From Oceanospirillaceae bacterium (lineage in GTDB: Bacteria; Pseudomonadota; Gammaproteobacteria; Pseudomonadales; Balneatricaceae): DNA of 64,000 nt. Position 1 is the first letter of the stretch. Each line of letters opens with the position of its first letter. The notes under the pieces are model-generated. The model searched no databases and was not told the DNA's origin. It was given only the letters and a program-made list of their open reading frames with translations. The DNA lies in the NCBI GenBank assembly GCA_024686035.1, contig JAIBDW010000001.1, positions 19,439 to 83,438 on the forward strand. Reading direction: 5' to 3'. Shown piece by piece: positions 31,076 through 41,576 of the stretch. The position numbers and the translations under genes were made by a program.

Positions 31076-31870
31076 ATGATTTTTGTTGTTTATATGGCCC
31101 TAGGCGCCTTTGCCGGACTCTTAGCAGGGCTCTTTGGTATCGGCGGTGGTATTATTGTTGTGCCGGTTTTAGTCTTGGCCTTTAATCTACAAGGTATAAA
31201 TCCAGAAATCATATTTTATATGGCGATCGCTACTTCTCTAGCGAATATTATTTTTACTTCTTTATCCGCCATTCGTATTCACCAAAAAAAAGCCTCAATT
31301 CAGTGGTCTTTAGTGAAGCCTATTGCAGTGGGTATGCTTATTGGTTCGTTTATTGGGGTGAATACGGCGCTCACTATTCCTGCGGTTTATCTACAAGCAA
31401 GCTTTGGTGCATTTGCGATCTTCTTAAGCTTGAGAATGATGCTGTCCCAGTCAAACGATGACACTTCTAAGTTGCCTGGTTATATGGGATTAAGTATTGC
31501 TGGTGTGTTTATAGGCTGGGTGTCAGTGCTTTTTGGTATTGGTGGAGGCAATTTGTTGGTGACTTGGCTATCTAAGCGCCAGTTGATCATGCAAAAAGCA
31601 GTGGCCACGGCCAGCGCATGTGGCTTTGCGATCGCCATATCAGGCGCTTTATCTAATGTCGTTTTGGGGTGGGGCAACCCTATGTTGCCAGAATACAGTT
31701 TAGGCTATATTTATTTGCCAGCGTTGCTTGGCATTGTAGCCACAAGTTTTATTGCAGCCTCTTATGGCTCCTTGCTTGCGCATCGTTTATCGGCAAAGTT
31801 GCTCAGGCAACTATTTGCATGGATGCTACTATTAATGGGGCTTAGAATGTTAACTAGTGTTTGGTTTTAA
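31076..31870 (+). CDS. Sulfite exporter TauE/SafE family membrane protein
   Basis: Two GLFGIGGG-like repeats, MAIATSLA and AVATA; start placed at ATG 31076. Confidence 0.88.
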   Translation: MIFVVYMALGAFAGLLAGLFGIGGGIIVVPVLVLAFNLQGINPEIIFYMAIATSLANIIFTSLSAIRIHQKKASIQWSLVKPIAVGMLIGSFIGVNTALTIPAVYLQASFGAFAIFLSLRMMLSQSNDDTSKLPGYMGLSIAGVFIGWVSVLFGIGGGNLLVTWLSKRQLIMQKAVATASACGFAIAISGALSNVVLGWGNPMLPEYSLGYIYLPALLGIVATSFIAASYGSLLAHRLSAKLLRQLFAWMLLLMGLRMLTSVWF

Positions 31871-31878
31871 GGATAATA

Positions 31879-32655
31879 ATGCTTACTTTTCCTAATATTG
31901 ATCCAGTACTTATACAACTTGGGCCGTTAGCCATACATTGGTATGGTGTCATGTATTTGTTGGCTTTTGGTTCTGCGTTTTGGCTTGGAAGTTTACGTGC
32001 TGGCGCTGCTGGGTTTAGCAAAGAGCAGCTAAGCGATGTGATATTTTTTGGTGCGATTGGCGTGGTGTTAGGTGGGCGCTTAGGTTATGTGCTTTTCTAC
32101 CAGTTTGAAGCCTTCATTCAAAGCCCTGGTATGTTGCTTCGGGTTTGGGAAGGCGGTATGTCTTTTCATGGTGGTTTTCTTGGTGTGGTTGTTAGTGGTA
32201 TTTGGTTTGTGCGTAAGCATCACTTCAAATATTCCCAGGTCATGGATTTTGTGGTGCCCCTTGTGCCGCTAGGTTTGGGTGCTGGGCGCTTAGGGAATTT
32301 TATAGGAGGAGAGCTTTGGGGGCGGCCTACAGACTTGCCTTGGGGTATGGTTTTTCCCCACGTAGATACTCTTTCAAGGCATCCATCTCAGCTCTATCAA
32401 TTGTTATTAGAAGGTTTGCTGTTGTTTGTGGTGCTGTGGATATATTCATCAAAACCTAGAGCACCCTTGCGGGTTTCGGGTTTGTTTTTGCTAGGTTATG
32501 GTTTACAAAGGTTTTTAGTGGAGTTCGCTCGTCAACCTGATGCCCATTTAAATTATGTCGCCTTAGATTGGATGACTCAAGGTCAGCTATTATCCTTACC
32601 GATGGTTGTCATAGGGGGTTATTTACTACTACGCAAGGCTTCGATTAAAGGTTAA
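31879..32655 (+). CDS. lgt: Prolipoprotein diacylglyceryl transferase
   Basis: [37 protein letters not shown] and RHPSQLY. Confidence 0.97.
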   Translation: MLTFPNIDPVLIQLGPLAIHWYGVMYLLAFGSAFWLGSLRAGAAGFSKEQLSDVIFFGAIGVVLGGRLGYVLFYQFEAFIQSPGMLLRVWEGGMSFHGGFLGVVVSGIWFVRKHHFKYSQVMDFVVPLVPLGLGAGRLGNFIGGELWGRPTDLPWGMVFPHVDTLSRHPSQLYQLLLEGLLLFVVLWIYSSKPRAPLRVSGLFLLGYGLQRFLVEFARQPDAHLNYVALDWMTQGQLLSLPMVVIGGYLLLRKASIKG

Positions 32656-32689
32656 AATACCGCGTATCTATTATCGATGGGGTTTTTTT

Positions 32690-33484
32690 ATGCAGCAGTA
32701 TCTTGATTTAATGCGCCATGTGCAAAACACAGGAGCGCTAAAGGAAGACCGCACAGGCACAGGCACCTTGAGTGTTTTTGGTTACCAAATGCGGTTTGAC
32801 TTATCTAAGGGGTTTCCTGCATTAACCACAAAGAAGCTGCACCTTAAGTCCATTATTCATGAGCTGTTATGGTTTTTACAAGGCTCCACAAACATACAGT
32901 ATTTAACTGATAATGGGGTGCGTATTTGGGATGAGTGGGCCGATGAAAATGGTGACTTGGGCCCCGTTTATGGGTCTCAATGGCGATCATGGCCCAAGCC
33001 GGATGGCAGCCATATTGATCAAATTAGCCAGCTTATTTCGCAAATAAAAACGAATCCAGATTCGCGCCGGTTAATTGTCAGCGCCTGGAATGTAGCCGAT
33101 GTAGAGCGTATGGCGTTGCCGCCTTGCCATATGATGTTTCAATTTTATGTGGCCAATGGCAAGCTGTCTTGCCAGCTCTATCAACGCAGTGCAGATATCT
33201 TCTTAGGTGTACCGTTCAATATTGCAAGTTACGCATTGTTAACTATGATGGTGGCTCAAGTTTGTGACTTGGAAGTTGGAGATTTTGTGCATACCTTAGG
33301 CGACGCTCATCTTTATTCAAACCATTTGGAACAAGTTGAACTGCAATTGTCTCGTGACACCATGGCCTTGCCTAAAATGCATATCAATCCTTGCGTGAAG
33401 AGTATCTTCGACTTCACTTTTGATGACTTCCAATTACAAGATTATCAGTCTCACCCGCATATTAAAGGAGTGGTTGCAGTATGA
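32690..33484 (+). CDS. thyA: Thymidylate synthase
   Basis: [37 protein letters not shown]. Confidence 0.99.
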   Translation: MQQYLDLMRHVQNTGALKEDRTGTGTLSVFGYQMRFDLSKGFPALTTKKLHLKSIIHELLWFLQGSTNIQYLTDNGVRIWDEWADENGDLGPVYGSQWRSWPKPDGSHIDQISQLISQIKTNPDSRRLIVSAWNVADVERMALPPCHMMFQFYVANGKLSCQLYQRSADIFLGVPFNIASYALLTMMVAQVCDLEVGDFVHTLGDAHLYSNHLEQVELQLSRDTMALPKMHINPCVKSIFDFTFDDFQLQDYQSHPHIKGVVAV

Positions 33485-33984
33485 CTATTTCCTTAATCGT
33501 TGCGGCATCGCAAAATAATGTGATCGGCCGTAATAATCAATTGCCTTGGCACTTGCCAGGGGACTTACAGTACTTTAAAACCATGACCCTAGGCAAGCCT
33601 GTCATTATGGGGCGAAAAACCTTTGAATCTATTGGTAAACCCTTACCAGGAAGAGACAATATCGTCATTAGCCGCCAAACCAACTATGCTGCAGATGGAA
33701 TAAAGGTCGTATCAAGCCTAGAGCAAGCAATCGCTTTGGGTCAGAGCATTAATCTTATTAACGGTATTGAAGAAGTGATGGTTATCGGTGGTGCGCAAAT
33801 CTATGAGAAGTCGTTAGACTTAGCCGATCGAGTGTATCTAACAAGAGTTCACCGCAAGGTGGAAGGGGACGCTTACTTTCCCGCTTTAGATAGTCAATTG
33901 TGGCATGAGATTGCTCGTGAAGATATTGCGGCTAAAGAGCCTAATCCCTTCGATTTTAGCTACTTAGTGTTGGAGCGCAGGTAA
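33481..33984 (+). CDS. folA: Dihydrofolate reductase
   Basis: [38 protein letters not shown] and GDAYFP. Confidence 0.98.
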   Translation: MTISLIVAASQNNVIGRNNQLPWHLPGDLQYFKTMTLGKPVIMGRKTFESIGKPLPGRDNIVISRQTNYAADGIKVVSSLEQAIALGQSINLINGIEEVMVIGGAQIYEKSLDLADRVYLTRVHRKVEGDAYFPALDSQLWHEIAREDIAAKEPNPFDFSYLVLERR

Positions 33985-33994
33985 GTACATGATA

Positions 33995-34033
33995 AAAACC
34001 ATGTCATTACCTTTTGAGTAATAACATGGTTTT
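33995..34033. terminator. Bidirectional terminator between folA and ilvD
   Basis: AAAACCATGTCATTAC-CTTTTGA-GTAATAACATGGTTTT, a 16-bp stem with one mismatch and A/T tracts on both sides. Confidence 0.85.
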
Positions 34034-34073
34034 ACTGTGTATTTACTGTGGTTTACCCAACTTTGAATATGGC

Positions 34074-35918
34074 TTAATCTAGCAAGCTAATATCACGCAC
34101 AGCACCCTTATCGGCGCTGGTCACTGTGCTAGCATAGAATCTAAGTGCAGAGCTCACCTTGCGTGGGCGCTGCGCCGTAGGCTTCCAGCCCTTCTTACCC
34201 ATCGCATTCATCGCTTCTTTGCGTTGGTTTAGCTCATCATCACTGACTAACACATCAATCGTACGATTAGGAATATCAATACGAATACGATCGCCATGCT
34301 CAACCAAGGCAATGTTGCCACCACTTGCAGCTTCTGGTGACACATGGCCTATTGATAATCCTGAGGTACCACCTGAGAAGCGGCCATCTGTTAACAAGGC
34401 ACAGGCCTTGCCCAAACCTTTGGTTTTAAGGTAACTGGTAGGGTATAACATTTCCTGCATGCCTGGGCCGCCTTTGGGGCCTTCATATCGAATCACCACC
34501 ACATCACCTTCTTTGACCTTGTCACTCAAAATATCAGCAACTGCCTGATCTTGGCTTTCACAAATGTAAGCAGGTCCTTCAAATAGCCAGATGCTTTCAT
34601 CTACACCTGCGGTCTTAACCACACAGCCATCTTGTGCCAGATTACCTGTCAATACCGCTAGACCACCTTCAGTGGAATAGGCATTAGCCAAATCTCGAAC
34701 ACAACCATCAACACGATCATCATCAACGCTTGGCCAGCGAGTCGCTTGGCTAAATGCAGTTTGCGTAGGGATGCCAGCAGGGCCTGCTTGGTAGAACTTT
34801 TTAACAGCCGCATCGTCAGTGACGGCAATGTCCCATTTGCTCAACGCTTCAGACATGGTGCTGCTATGTACCGTGGGTAATTCTGCGTGTAGTAAACCTG
34901 CGCGATTAAGCTCACCCAAAATCGCGAATACACCACCGGCACGATGAACGTCTTCCATGTGGTACTTTGGTGTACTGGGGGCCACTTTACATAATTGCGG
35001 CACCCTGCGAGAAAGTTCGTCAATGTTGCTCATGTCAAAGTCAATCTCACCTTCTTGGGCTGCAGCCAACAAGTGCAAAATCGTATTGGTAGAGCCACCC
35101 ATTGCAATGTCTAAAGTCATGGCGTTTTCAAACGCTTTAAAGCTAGCAATGTTGCGTGGTAGAGCGCTTTCATCATCATTTTCATAATAACGTTTGCACA
35201 ACTCTACTACCGTGCGGCCAGCTTCTAAAAATAATTCTTTACGATCTGCATGGGTCGCCAACAAGCTACCATTGCCAGGGAGTGATAAACCTAGAGCTTC
35301 TGTAAGGCAGTTCATGGAATTGGCAGTAAACATGCCTGAACAAGATCCGCACGTAGGGCAAGCAGAGCGTTCATATTCAGCAACAGATTCGTCGCTTGCC
35401 GTGTCATCTACAGCAATAACCATGGCATCAACAAGGTCTAACTTACGATCACCTAGTTTTGTTTTACCCGCTTCCATAGGGCCGCCAGACACAAAAACAC
35501 ACGGGATATTTAGGCGCATAGCAGCCATAAACATACCTGGCGTGATCTTGTCACAGTTAGAAATACATACCATCGCATCAGCACAATGGGCATTGACCAT
35601 ATACTCAACAGAGTCAGCAATAATATCTCGTGATGGCAACGAATAAAGCATGCCGTCATGGCCCATGGCAATGCCGTCGTCCACTGCGATGGTATTAAAT
35701 TCTTTGGCTACACCACCTGCTTTTTCTATTTCTCGTGCAACCAATTGCCCCATATCTTTCAGGTGAACATGGCCTGGAACAAATTGTGTGAACGAGTTAC
35801 ACACCGCAATAATGGGTTTTTGAAAGTCAGAATCGGTCATGCCGGTTGCGCGCCATAAAGCACGGGCGCCTGCCATATTGCGGCCAGAAGTGGAGGTTTT
35901 AGAACGATAAATGGGCAT
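34074..35918 (-). CDS. ilvD: Dihydroxy-acid dehydratase
   Basis: [52 protein letters not shown] and [11 protein letters not shown]. Confidence 0.98.
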   Translation of the reverse strand: MPIYRSKTSTSGRNMAGARALWRATGMTDSDFQKPIIAVCNSFTQFVPGHVHLKDMGQLVAREIEKAGGVAKEFNTIAVDDGIAMGHDGMLYSLPSRDIIADSVEYMVNAHCADAMVCISNCDKITPGMFMAAMRLNIPCVFVSGGPMEAGKTKLGDRKLDLVDAMVIAVDDTASDESVAEYERSACPTCGSCSGMFTANSMNCLTEALGLSLPGNGSLLATHADRKELFLEAGRTVVELCKRYYENDDESALPRNIASFKAFENAMTLDIAMGGSTNTILHLLAAAQEGEIDFDMSNIDELSRRVPQLCKVAPSTPKYHMEDVHRAGGVFAILGELNRAGLLHAELPTVHSSTMSEALSKWDIAVTDDAAVKKFYQAGPAGIPTQTAFSQATRWPSVDDDRVDGCVRDLANAYSTEGGLAVLTGNLAQDGCVVKTAGVDESIWLFEGPAYICESQDQAVADILSDKVKEGDVVVIRYEGPKGGPGMQEMLYPTSYLKTKGLGKACALLTDGRFSGGTSGLSIGHVSPEAASGGNIALVEHGDRIRIDIPNRTIDVLVSDDELNQRKEAMNAMGKKGWKPTAQRPRKVSSALRFYASTVTSADKGAVRDISLLD

Positions 35919-35954
35919 GGGATAGGTGCCTTATAATAAAAGTTATTAAAGTGG

Positions 35955-37283
35955 TTATAGTAATTCTTTACTAAATACTTTTGAATTACGTTGAAAATTG
36001 TATAACGACTGCCTGCTGGTAGGTAATTGCTCTAGGTCAGCAGCAACAAAACCATTTTCTATAAACCAATGCGAAGAGGCTGTCGTTAGGACAAAAAGAG
36101 CTTGCAGGCCCATATGGCTTGATTGCTTTTCTATATGGCGCAGCAATATTTGGCCTCTATCGCCCCCTCGATAGTCGGGGTCGATCGCCATGCAAGCAAG
36201 CTCACCTTGGCGGGCATCATCAAACGGATATAATGCTGCGCAGCCAATAATAGCATTATCTCGTTCGATCACGCTAAAATAATGAATTTCAGATTCTAGT
36301 AACTCACGTGAGCGGCGTACTAATATGCCATCATCTTCCAAGGGTCGGATCAATTGTAAGATCCCGCCTACGTCATCAATACAGGCGTTACGTACTTGCT
36401 CATAGCTTTCTTTTATGACCATGGTGCCTGAGCCATCGCGACTAAATAGCTCACTTAATAACGCCCCATCTTCTTGATAGCTTAGCAAGTGCCCTCGATT
36501 TACTCCCGCATCACAAGCTTTGGAGAGCACATCAATATGCATGGATAAGTCGGTCCAACTATCGCCACTACTTTGATGCTGGTGGACTAAGCGGTGGCCA
36601 GCTCGGGTGAGTAGTTCGGCCACTTGTTCGCCGCGTGAATTAGTAATGCCTTTGTCAGCTCCAAATACGATTAATTTGTCAGCTTGTACGCTTGCAGCCA
36701 CACGCCCAGCCACTTGTGCTGCAGCAAGGTTAAACGTTTCTCCTGTAGGGGAGTAACCTAAACACGAAATCAACACTAGATTGCCGTCATCCAGTTGCTT
36801 ACTGATCGCTTGCGCGTCCACCCGTCGTACTTCTCCAGTGTAAGAAAAATCCACCCCGTCTTTGACACCAATTGGGCGTGCTGTAATAAAGTTTCCACGG
36901 CTGGTACGAATTCTAGAACCCTGCATAGGTGAATTGGCAATGCCCATGGAAAAACGGGCCTCCAACTGCATAGCTTGGCGACCCACAGTCGCTTGCACTA
37001 AAGCCAGTTGTTCTAAATCGGTAATGCGTAAACCGTGATGAAATTGTGCTTGCACTGATGCTTTGGTGCATGCCTTTTGTATTTGAGGGCGACTGCCATG
37101 CACTAAAACCAACTTAACCCCTAAACTATTGAGTAGATTGATATCATGGATCGTATGGGCAAAATTATCATGGGCTAAAGCTTCACCGGGCAAATAAATG
37201 ACAAAAGTGCGCCCGCGATGGGCGTTAATATAGGGCGCAGAATGGCGAAACCAGTTTACATATTGCTGATTGGTTTCAGTCAC
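35955..37283 (-). CDS. argA: Amino-acid N-acetyltransferase (N-acetylglutamate synthase)
   Basis: WFRHSAPYINAHRGRTFV, AAK domain, ELFSRDGSGT and C-terminal GNAT ending YNFQRNSKVF. Confidence 0.96.
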   Translation of the reverse strand: MTETNQQYVNWFRHSAPYINAHRGRTFVIYLPGEALAHDNFAHTIHDINLLNSLGVKLVLVHGSRPQIQKACTKASVQAQFHHGLRITDLEQLALVQATVGRQAMQLEARFSMGIANSPMQGSRIRTSRGNFITARPIGVKDGVDFSYTGEVRRVDAQAISKQLDDGNLVLISCLGYSPTGETFNLAAAQVAGRVAASVQADKLIVFGADKGITNSRGEQVAELLTRAGHRLVHQHQSSGDSWTDLSMHIDVLSKACDAGVNRGHLLSYQEDGALLSELFSRDGSGTMVIKESYEQVRNACIDDVGGILQLIRPLEDDGILVRRSRELLESEIHYFSVIERDNAIIGCAALYPFDDARQGELACMAIDPDYRGGDRGQILLRHIEKQSSHMGLQALFVLTTASSHWFIENGFVAADLEQLPTSRQSLYNFQRNSKVFSKELL

Positions 37284-37549
37284 GTTAGTTTACCTGTCGC
37301 TTTGGTGTAGAAAAGACACTATTAAGCCGCGCTAATGCGCTTGTGTCAATCACACAAAGCCGACTTACTTAGAAAAAATAGGCCATATAAAATTTAAAAG
37401 CACAAACAATCATCTATTACTTGATTCTAGAGGAATTTTTCCGTTAGGGTCTAATTGACTTAGATAATAACAGGCGGTTTGTCATCACAGCTAAGCCTGG
37501 CCATAGTACTTGCAACAGCACAACTTGCGGGCATATATTTTTAGGAGTA

Positions 37550-40471
37550 ATGGGTATGTCGATTGTTATCGCGCCAGAAAACCAGCATGTAATAGACGCG
37601 CTTAAAGGCCCATTAAAAGACGAGCTAATGCAGTGGTTTGATACATTTACGCCATCCACTAAGGCACCTTGGCATCAGCCCCATGCACAATTACAACTCA
37701 TTAATGCCATCAGCGCGAGCCCGTTTGTAGCACAAACTCTTTCATTGAATCCGCAGCTGTTGGATTATGATTTTGTGACCAAGGCCTATTCTAAAAATCA
37801 GTTGCAGGTCTTGTTAGCCCATAACATGGCTCAAGTGACTAACGAAGCGCAGCTCCACCAGTGTTTAAGAAGATTTAGAAAAGCCCACCAAGTCCGCTTA
37901 ATTTGGCGTAACCGCTGCTGTTTAGGCACAAACCAAGAGTTAGTGGAAGAGTTATCAAACCTTGCAGATGTTTGTGTCAGCCAGGCGTTGAATTGGCTGC
38001 ATCAAGATAGCGTTAAGCAATGGGGGCAACCGACAAGTGTTGATGGGCAGCCGCAGGAGTTGGTGGTTTTGGGTATGGGCAAGCTAGGTGGTAGGGAGCT
38101 TAACTTATCTTCTGATATAGACTTGATATTTAGTTTTCCATCAGGCGGCCAAACCCAAGGCGCAAGGCGCAGTGTCGATAATCAACAATTTTTCATTCGT
38201 TTAGGCCAGCGTCTAATTCAAGCCATCGATTTGGTTAGCGCCGATGGTTTTGTATTTAGAGTCGACATGCGCTTAAGACCATACGGCGCCAGCGGTGCAT
38301 TATCCCTAAGCTTTGATGCTATGGAAATCTATTATCAGCAGCAAGGGCGTGAATGGGAAAGGTATGCGTTTATTAAAGCTCGAGTGATCGCTGGGAACGA
38401 AGATCAAGGTCGTGCGTTATTAGAACTTTTACGGCCCTTTGTTTATCGCAGGTATTTAGATTTTAGTGCCATTGAATCTTTGCGAAGCCTTAAGCAAATG
38501 ATTGCTAGTGAGGTGCGTCGTCGTGGCTTGCAACAAAATGTAAAGTTGGGTGCTGGAGGTATTCGTGAAGTGGAATTTATTGCCCAAGCGTTTCAGCTGA
38601 TTCGTGGTGGACGAGACATTAGGCTGCAAACCCCAAGCTTAATGGCGGTGTTAGATTTATTGCCTGAGACTGCCGGTTTAGGGCCTGAAAAGGTCAAAAG
38701 TTTACGCCAGCATTATTGGTTTTTGCGCGATGTTGAGCATGCACTTCAAGCTGTTGCGGATCAACAAACTCAGGACTTACCCACACAAGAGCTCGAACAA
38801 ACTCGCCTTGCACTGGCCTTGAATTTTTCATGCTGGGATGATTTACAAGCGCAGATTACCTTTGCAAGAGAATTTATACATCAACAATTTGAGTTGGTGG
38901 TGGCGTTAAAAGGGCATGATGATGCTCCAAACGAAGACCACCCATTAAGTCAACTATGGGAAGAAATCTCTCACAGTGCAATGGGCGGCGAACCATTTAC
39001 ACTTCAGCCTCATTGGCAAAGCATTCTCATTGAGGCAGGTTTTGCTGATTCAGACCATATTCTGCAACATTTATGGTCGCTTTATCAAAGCCGGGCTGCA
39101 CAAACAATGCAATCGGTTGCACAAGAGCGGTTGGCTAAATTAATACCAAAAATTTTGCAAATATCAGCCCAACAAAATGATTCTGCCCTTACCTTATCAC
39201 GCGTATTAGTGCTAATTGAGGCTGTGTTAAGGCGGTCGGTCTATTTGGTGCTCTTGCTAGAAAACCCATCAGCGTTAAAGTTGTTAGTGGAGCTTTGTGC
39301 GGCTAGTCCATGGTTTTCTGATTTTTTGGCACGCCAGCCTTCATTACTTGATGAACTATTGGACGTTAATAGTTTGTTTAATGTGCCTGATGCTATGGCT
39401 TTAAAACAGGAGTTAGCACAAAACCTTTTGCGCCTGCCAGAAGATGACACTGAACAGTTGATGGAAGCGCTTAGGCATTTTAAACATGCCCATTTGTTGC
39501 GTATTGCGGCCCAAGAAGTCACAGGGCGTTTGCCGTTAATGAAAGTAAGTGACCAGCTAACCTATGTTGCTGAAGCAGTGGTGGCACAAGTTCAGCACCT
39601 TTCATGGCGCGAGCTTAGCTTACGACATGGGTATCCGCAAAATGAGCAGGGCCCAAGTGATGATTTTATCGTTGTGGGCTATGGAAAAGTAGGTGGCTGG
39701 GAGCTTAGCTACGGGTCGGATTTAGATTTGGTATTTATCTATGACATGCCATCTCAAGCCGAAACTGACGGCCCCAAACCCATTGCTAACAGCGTATTTT
39801 TCACGCGACTTGGTCAGCGCATTATTAATTATTTGAATACACTCACAGCATCGGGTCAGTTATATGAAGTGGATATGCGCCTAAGACCTGATGGCGCAAA
39901 AGGGTTGTTAGTGTCTACTTTGAACGCCTTTACTCAATACCAATTACACGAGGCATGGACGTGGGAGCATCAAGCCCTTGTCAGGGCTAGGCCTCTTGCA
40001 GGTAGTCATAAGTTAGCTGGCGATTTTATTGCTGTGCGTAAACACGTACTGTCTCAAATTAGCCAAAGTGCTTCTATAAAGCAAGATGTGGTTATGATGC
40101 GAGAAAAAATGCGTCGACAGCTTGCGAGTAAACCAAGCGCAGATGGTCAGATTTTAACATTTCATCTCAAGCATGATGAGGGAGGCATGGTTGATATCGA
40201 ATTTATGGTGCAGTACGGTGTGCTTGCCTACGCTCATCAGTGCCAAGCCTTGCTTAGCTATACCGACAACATTCGTATTTTAGAAGCGTTTGAAAAGCAT
40301 TTAATTTTAACCGCAGCAGATGCCCATGATTTACAAGAGGCATATCAGGCGATGAGGGCGGCTGAGCATCGACTCACGTTACAGAATAAAGCAGGGGAAG
40401 TCTGTGCTGATGATTTGCGTGAGCATAGGCTCAAGGTGAAAACTATTTGGGCGGTGATGATGGCGTTTTAG
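37550..40471 (+). CDS. glnE: Glutamine synthetase adenylyltransferase/adenylyl-removing enzyme
   Basis: Two nucleotidyltransferase domains (MGKLGGRELNLSSDIDLIF; GYGKVGGWELSYGSDLDLVF). The start could be ATG 37556, which is better spaced from AGGAG. Confidence 0.97.
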   Translation: MGMSIVIAPENQHVIDALKGPLKDELMQWFDTFTPSTKAPWHQPHAQLQLINAISASPFVAQTLSLNPQLLDYDFVTKAYSKNQLQVLLAHNMAQVTNEAQLHQCLRRFRKAHQVRLIWRNRCCLGTNQELVEELSNLADVCVSQALNWLHQDSVKQWGQPTSVDGQPQELVVLGMGKLGGRELNLSSDIDLIFSFPSGGQTQGARRSVDNQQFFIRLGQRLIQAIDLVSADGFVFRVDMRLRPYGASGALSLSFDAMEIYYQQQGREWERYAFIKARVIAGNEDQGRALLELLRPFVYRRYLDFSAIESLRSLKQMIASEVRRRGLQQNVKLGAGGIREVEFIAQAFQLIRGGRDIRLQTPSLMAVLDLLPETAGLGPEKVKSLRQHYWFLRDVEHALQAVADQQTQDLPTQELEQTRLALALNFSCWDDLQAQITFAREFIHQQFELVVALKGHDDAPNEDHPLSQLWEEISHSAMGGEPFTLQPHWQSILIEAGFADSDHILQHLWSLYQSRAAQTMQSVAQERLAKLIPKILQISAQQNDSALTLSRVLVLIEAVLRRSVYLVLLLENPSALKLLVELCAASPWFSDFLARQPSLLDELLDVNSLFNVPDAMALKQELAQNLLRLPEDDTEQLMEALRHFKHAHLLRIAAQEVTGRLPLMKVSDQLTYVAEAVVAQVQHLSWRELSLRHGYPQNEQGPSDDFIVVGYGKVGGWELSYGSDLDLVFIYDMPSQAETDGPKPIANSVFFTRLGQRIINYLNTLTASGQLYEVDMRLRPDGAKGLLVSTLNAFTQYQLHEAWTWEHQALVRARPLAGSHKLAGDFIAVRKHVLSQISQSASIKQDVVMMREKMRRQLASKPSADGQILTFHLKHDEGGMVDIEFMVQYGVLAYAHQCQALLSYTDNIRILEAFEKHLILTAADAHDLQEAYQAMRAAEHRLTLQNKAGEVCADDLREHRLKVKTIWAVMMAF

Positions 40472-40502
40472 GCAGTTTTTTAGCATGCTCAAACATAAGG
40501 CT

Positions 40503-41456
40503 CTAATAAATTTTAGGGCTGTTTTTTGGGCGGGTTTTAAAACGGCGATGTAACCACAAGTACTGGGTAGGTTGAAGTCGCACTTTGGTTTCAATGGCTG
40601 CATTTAAAACGGCGGCATCCAACTCTAGCTGCCCACTTGGGATGCTAGACAAACTGTCAGTGATGCTAAGCTGGTAAGCTTGATCTTGATGAGTGCGGTG
40701 GTGACTAAACTGAAGCACCTTAGCTCCAGTGGTAGATGCTAGACGGCTGACAATAGGTGTAGTGGCTGTATCTATGCCAAAAAAAGGTGCAAATACGGAG
40801 CGCTGTGGACCTACGTCTTGATCTGGAGCAAGCCAAACTATTTTGCCTTGTTTGAGCAAACGTATGACTTGTCGAATGTCTTGTCGCTCTATGATACCTG
40901 GCAAATGGTTTAAGCGCCCACGGCGTATAATACAGTCCATCAAAGCATTACCATGGCGTTGATAAGTCGCATAATATGGATAATGTTGGGCTAGCAAAAT
41001 GCCGCCTAAATCCAGGCTTGTATAATGAGCACCCACTAAAAGCACACCACGGCCTTGAGCTTGGGCTTGGTCTATTAACGCGCCACCTTTTATGGACACC
41101 CTTTGCGTGAGATCCTTGTGGGAACTCCACCACGCCATAGCGGTCTCAATGATGCCGATACCATTATCTGCAAACGTTTCACGCACCATATGGCGTTGCT
41201 GGCTAGCATCTAAATCATTAAAGCACAGGGCAATATTGGTTTGAGCAATAGATCTTCTGCGGCTAGATAACTGATATAATAGCTTTCCAATCGCCCGGCC
41301 AGCGGCCATGCGCCAGGCCCATGGCAATGCGATAATAATGCGAAGGATGCTTAATCCAAACCAAATAGGCCAGTATTTGAGGCTATAAAATTTGGCGAAT
41401 GAGGGCTTAGTGGTTGGCATATGATGTTCGAACAAAGTTATGAAAAAATGACTCAA
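40503..41456 (-). CDS. lpxL: Lipid A lauroyl/late acyltransferase
   Basis: H-x4-D motif AHYTSLD, LAPDQD, PFFG and QYLWLHRRFKTRP. The start may be ATG 41420. Confidence 0.88.
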   Translation of the reverse strand: MSHFFITLFEHHMPTTKPSFAKFYSLKYWPIWFGLSILRIIIALPWAWRMAAGRAIGKLLYQLSSRRRSIAQTNIALCFNDLDASQQRHMVRETFADNGIGIIETAMAWWSSHKDLTQRVSIKGGALIDQAQAQGRGVLLVGAHYTSLDLGGILLAQHYPYYATYQRHGNALMDCIIRRGRLNHLPGIIERQDIRQVIRLLKQGKIVWLAPDQDVGPQRSVFAPFFGIDTATTPIVSRLASTTGAKVLQFSHHRTHQDQAYQLSITDSLSSIPSGQLELDAAVLNAAIETKVRLQPTQYLWLHRRFKTRPKNSPKIY

Positions 41457-41576
41457 TCAGTGATGAAATTAATTAGCCTGATATCATACGAACCAATTAA
41501 CAACACAATGATAGTTTACACTGAGCTAGCAAGACCAGCTAGAGAAACTAATCTTCAATCCATTTAAGGACAAGAA

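Noticed and set aside
34159-35858. Several plus-strand ORFs of 60-150 aa antisense to ilvD (and similar ones opposite nusA, infB, pnp, pepP, GT4 and lepA)
   Set aside because: Expected antisense open frames from codon bias in conserved genes; no recognisable motifs or ribosome-binding sites.
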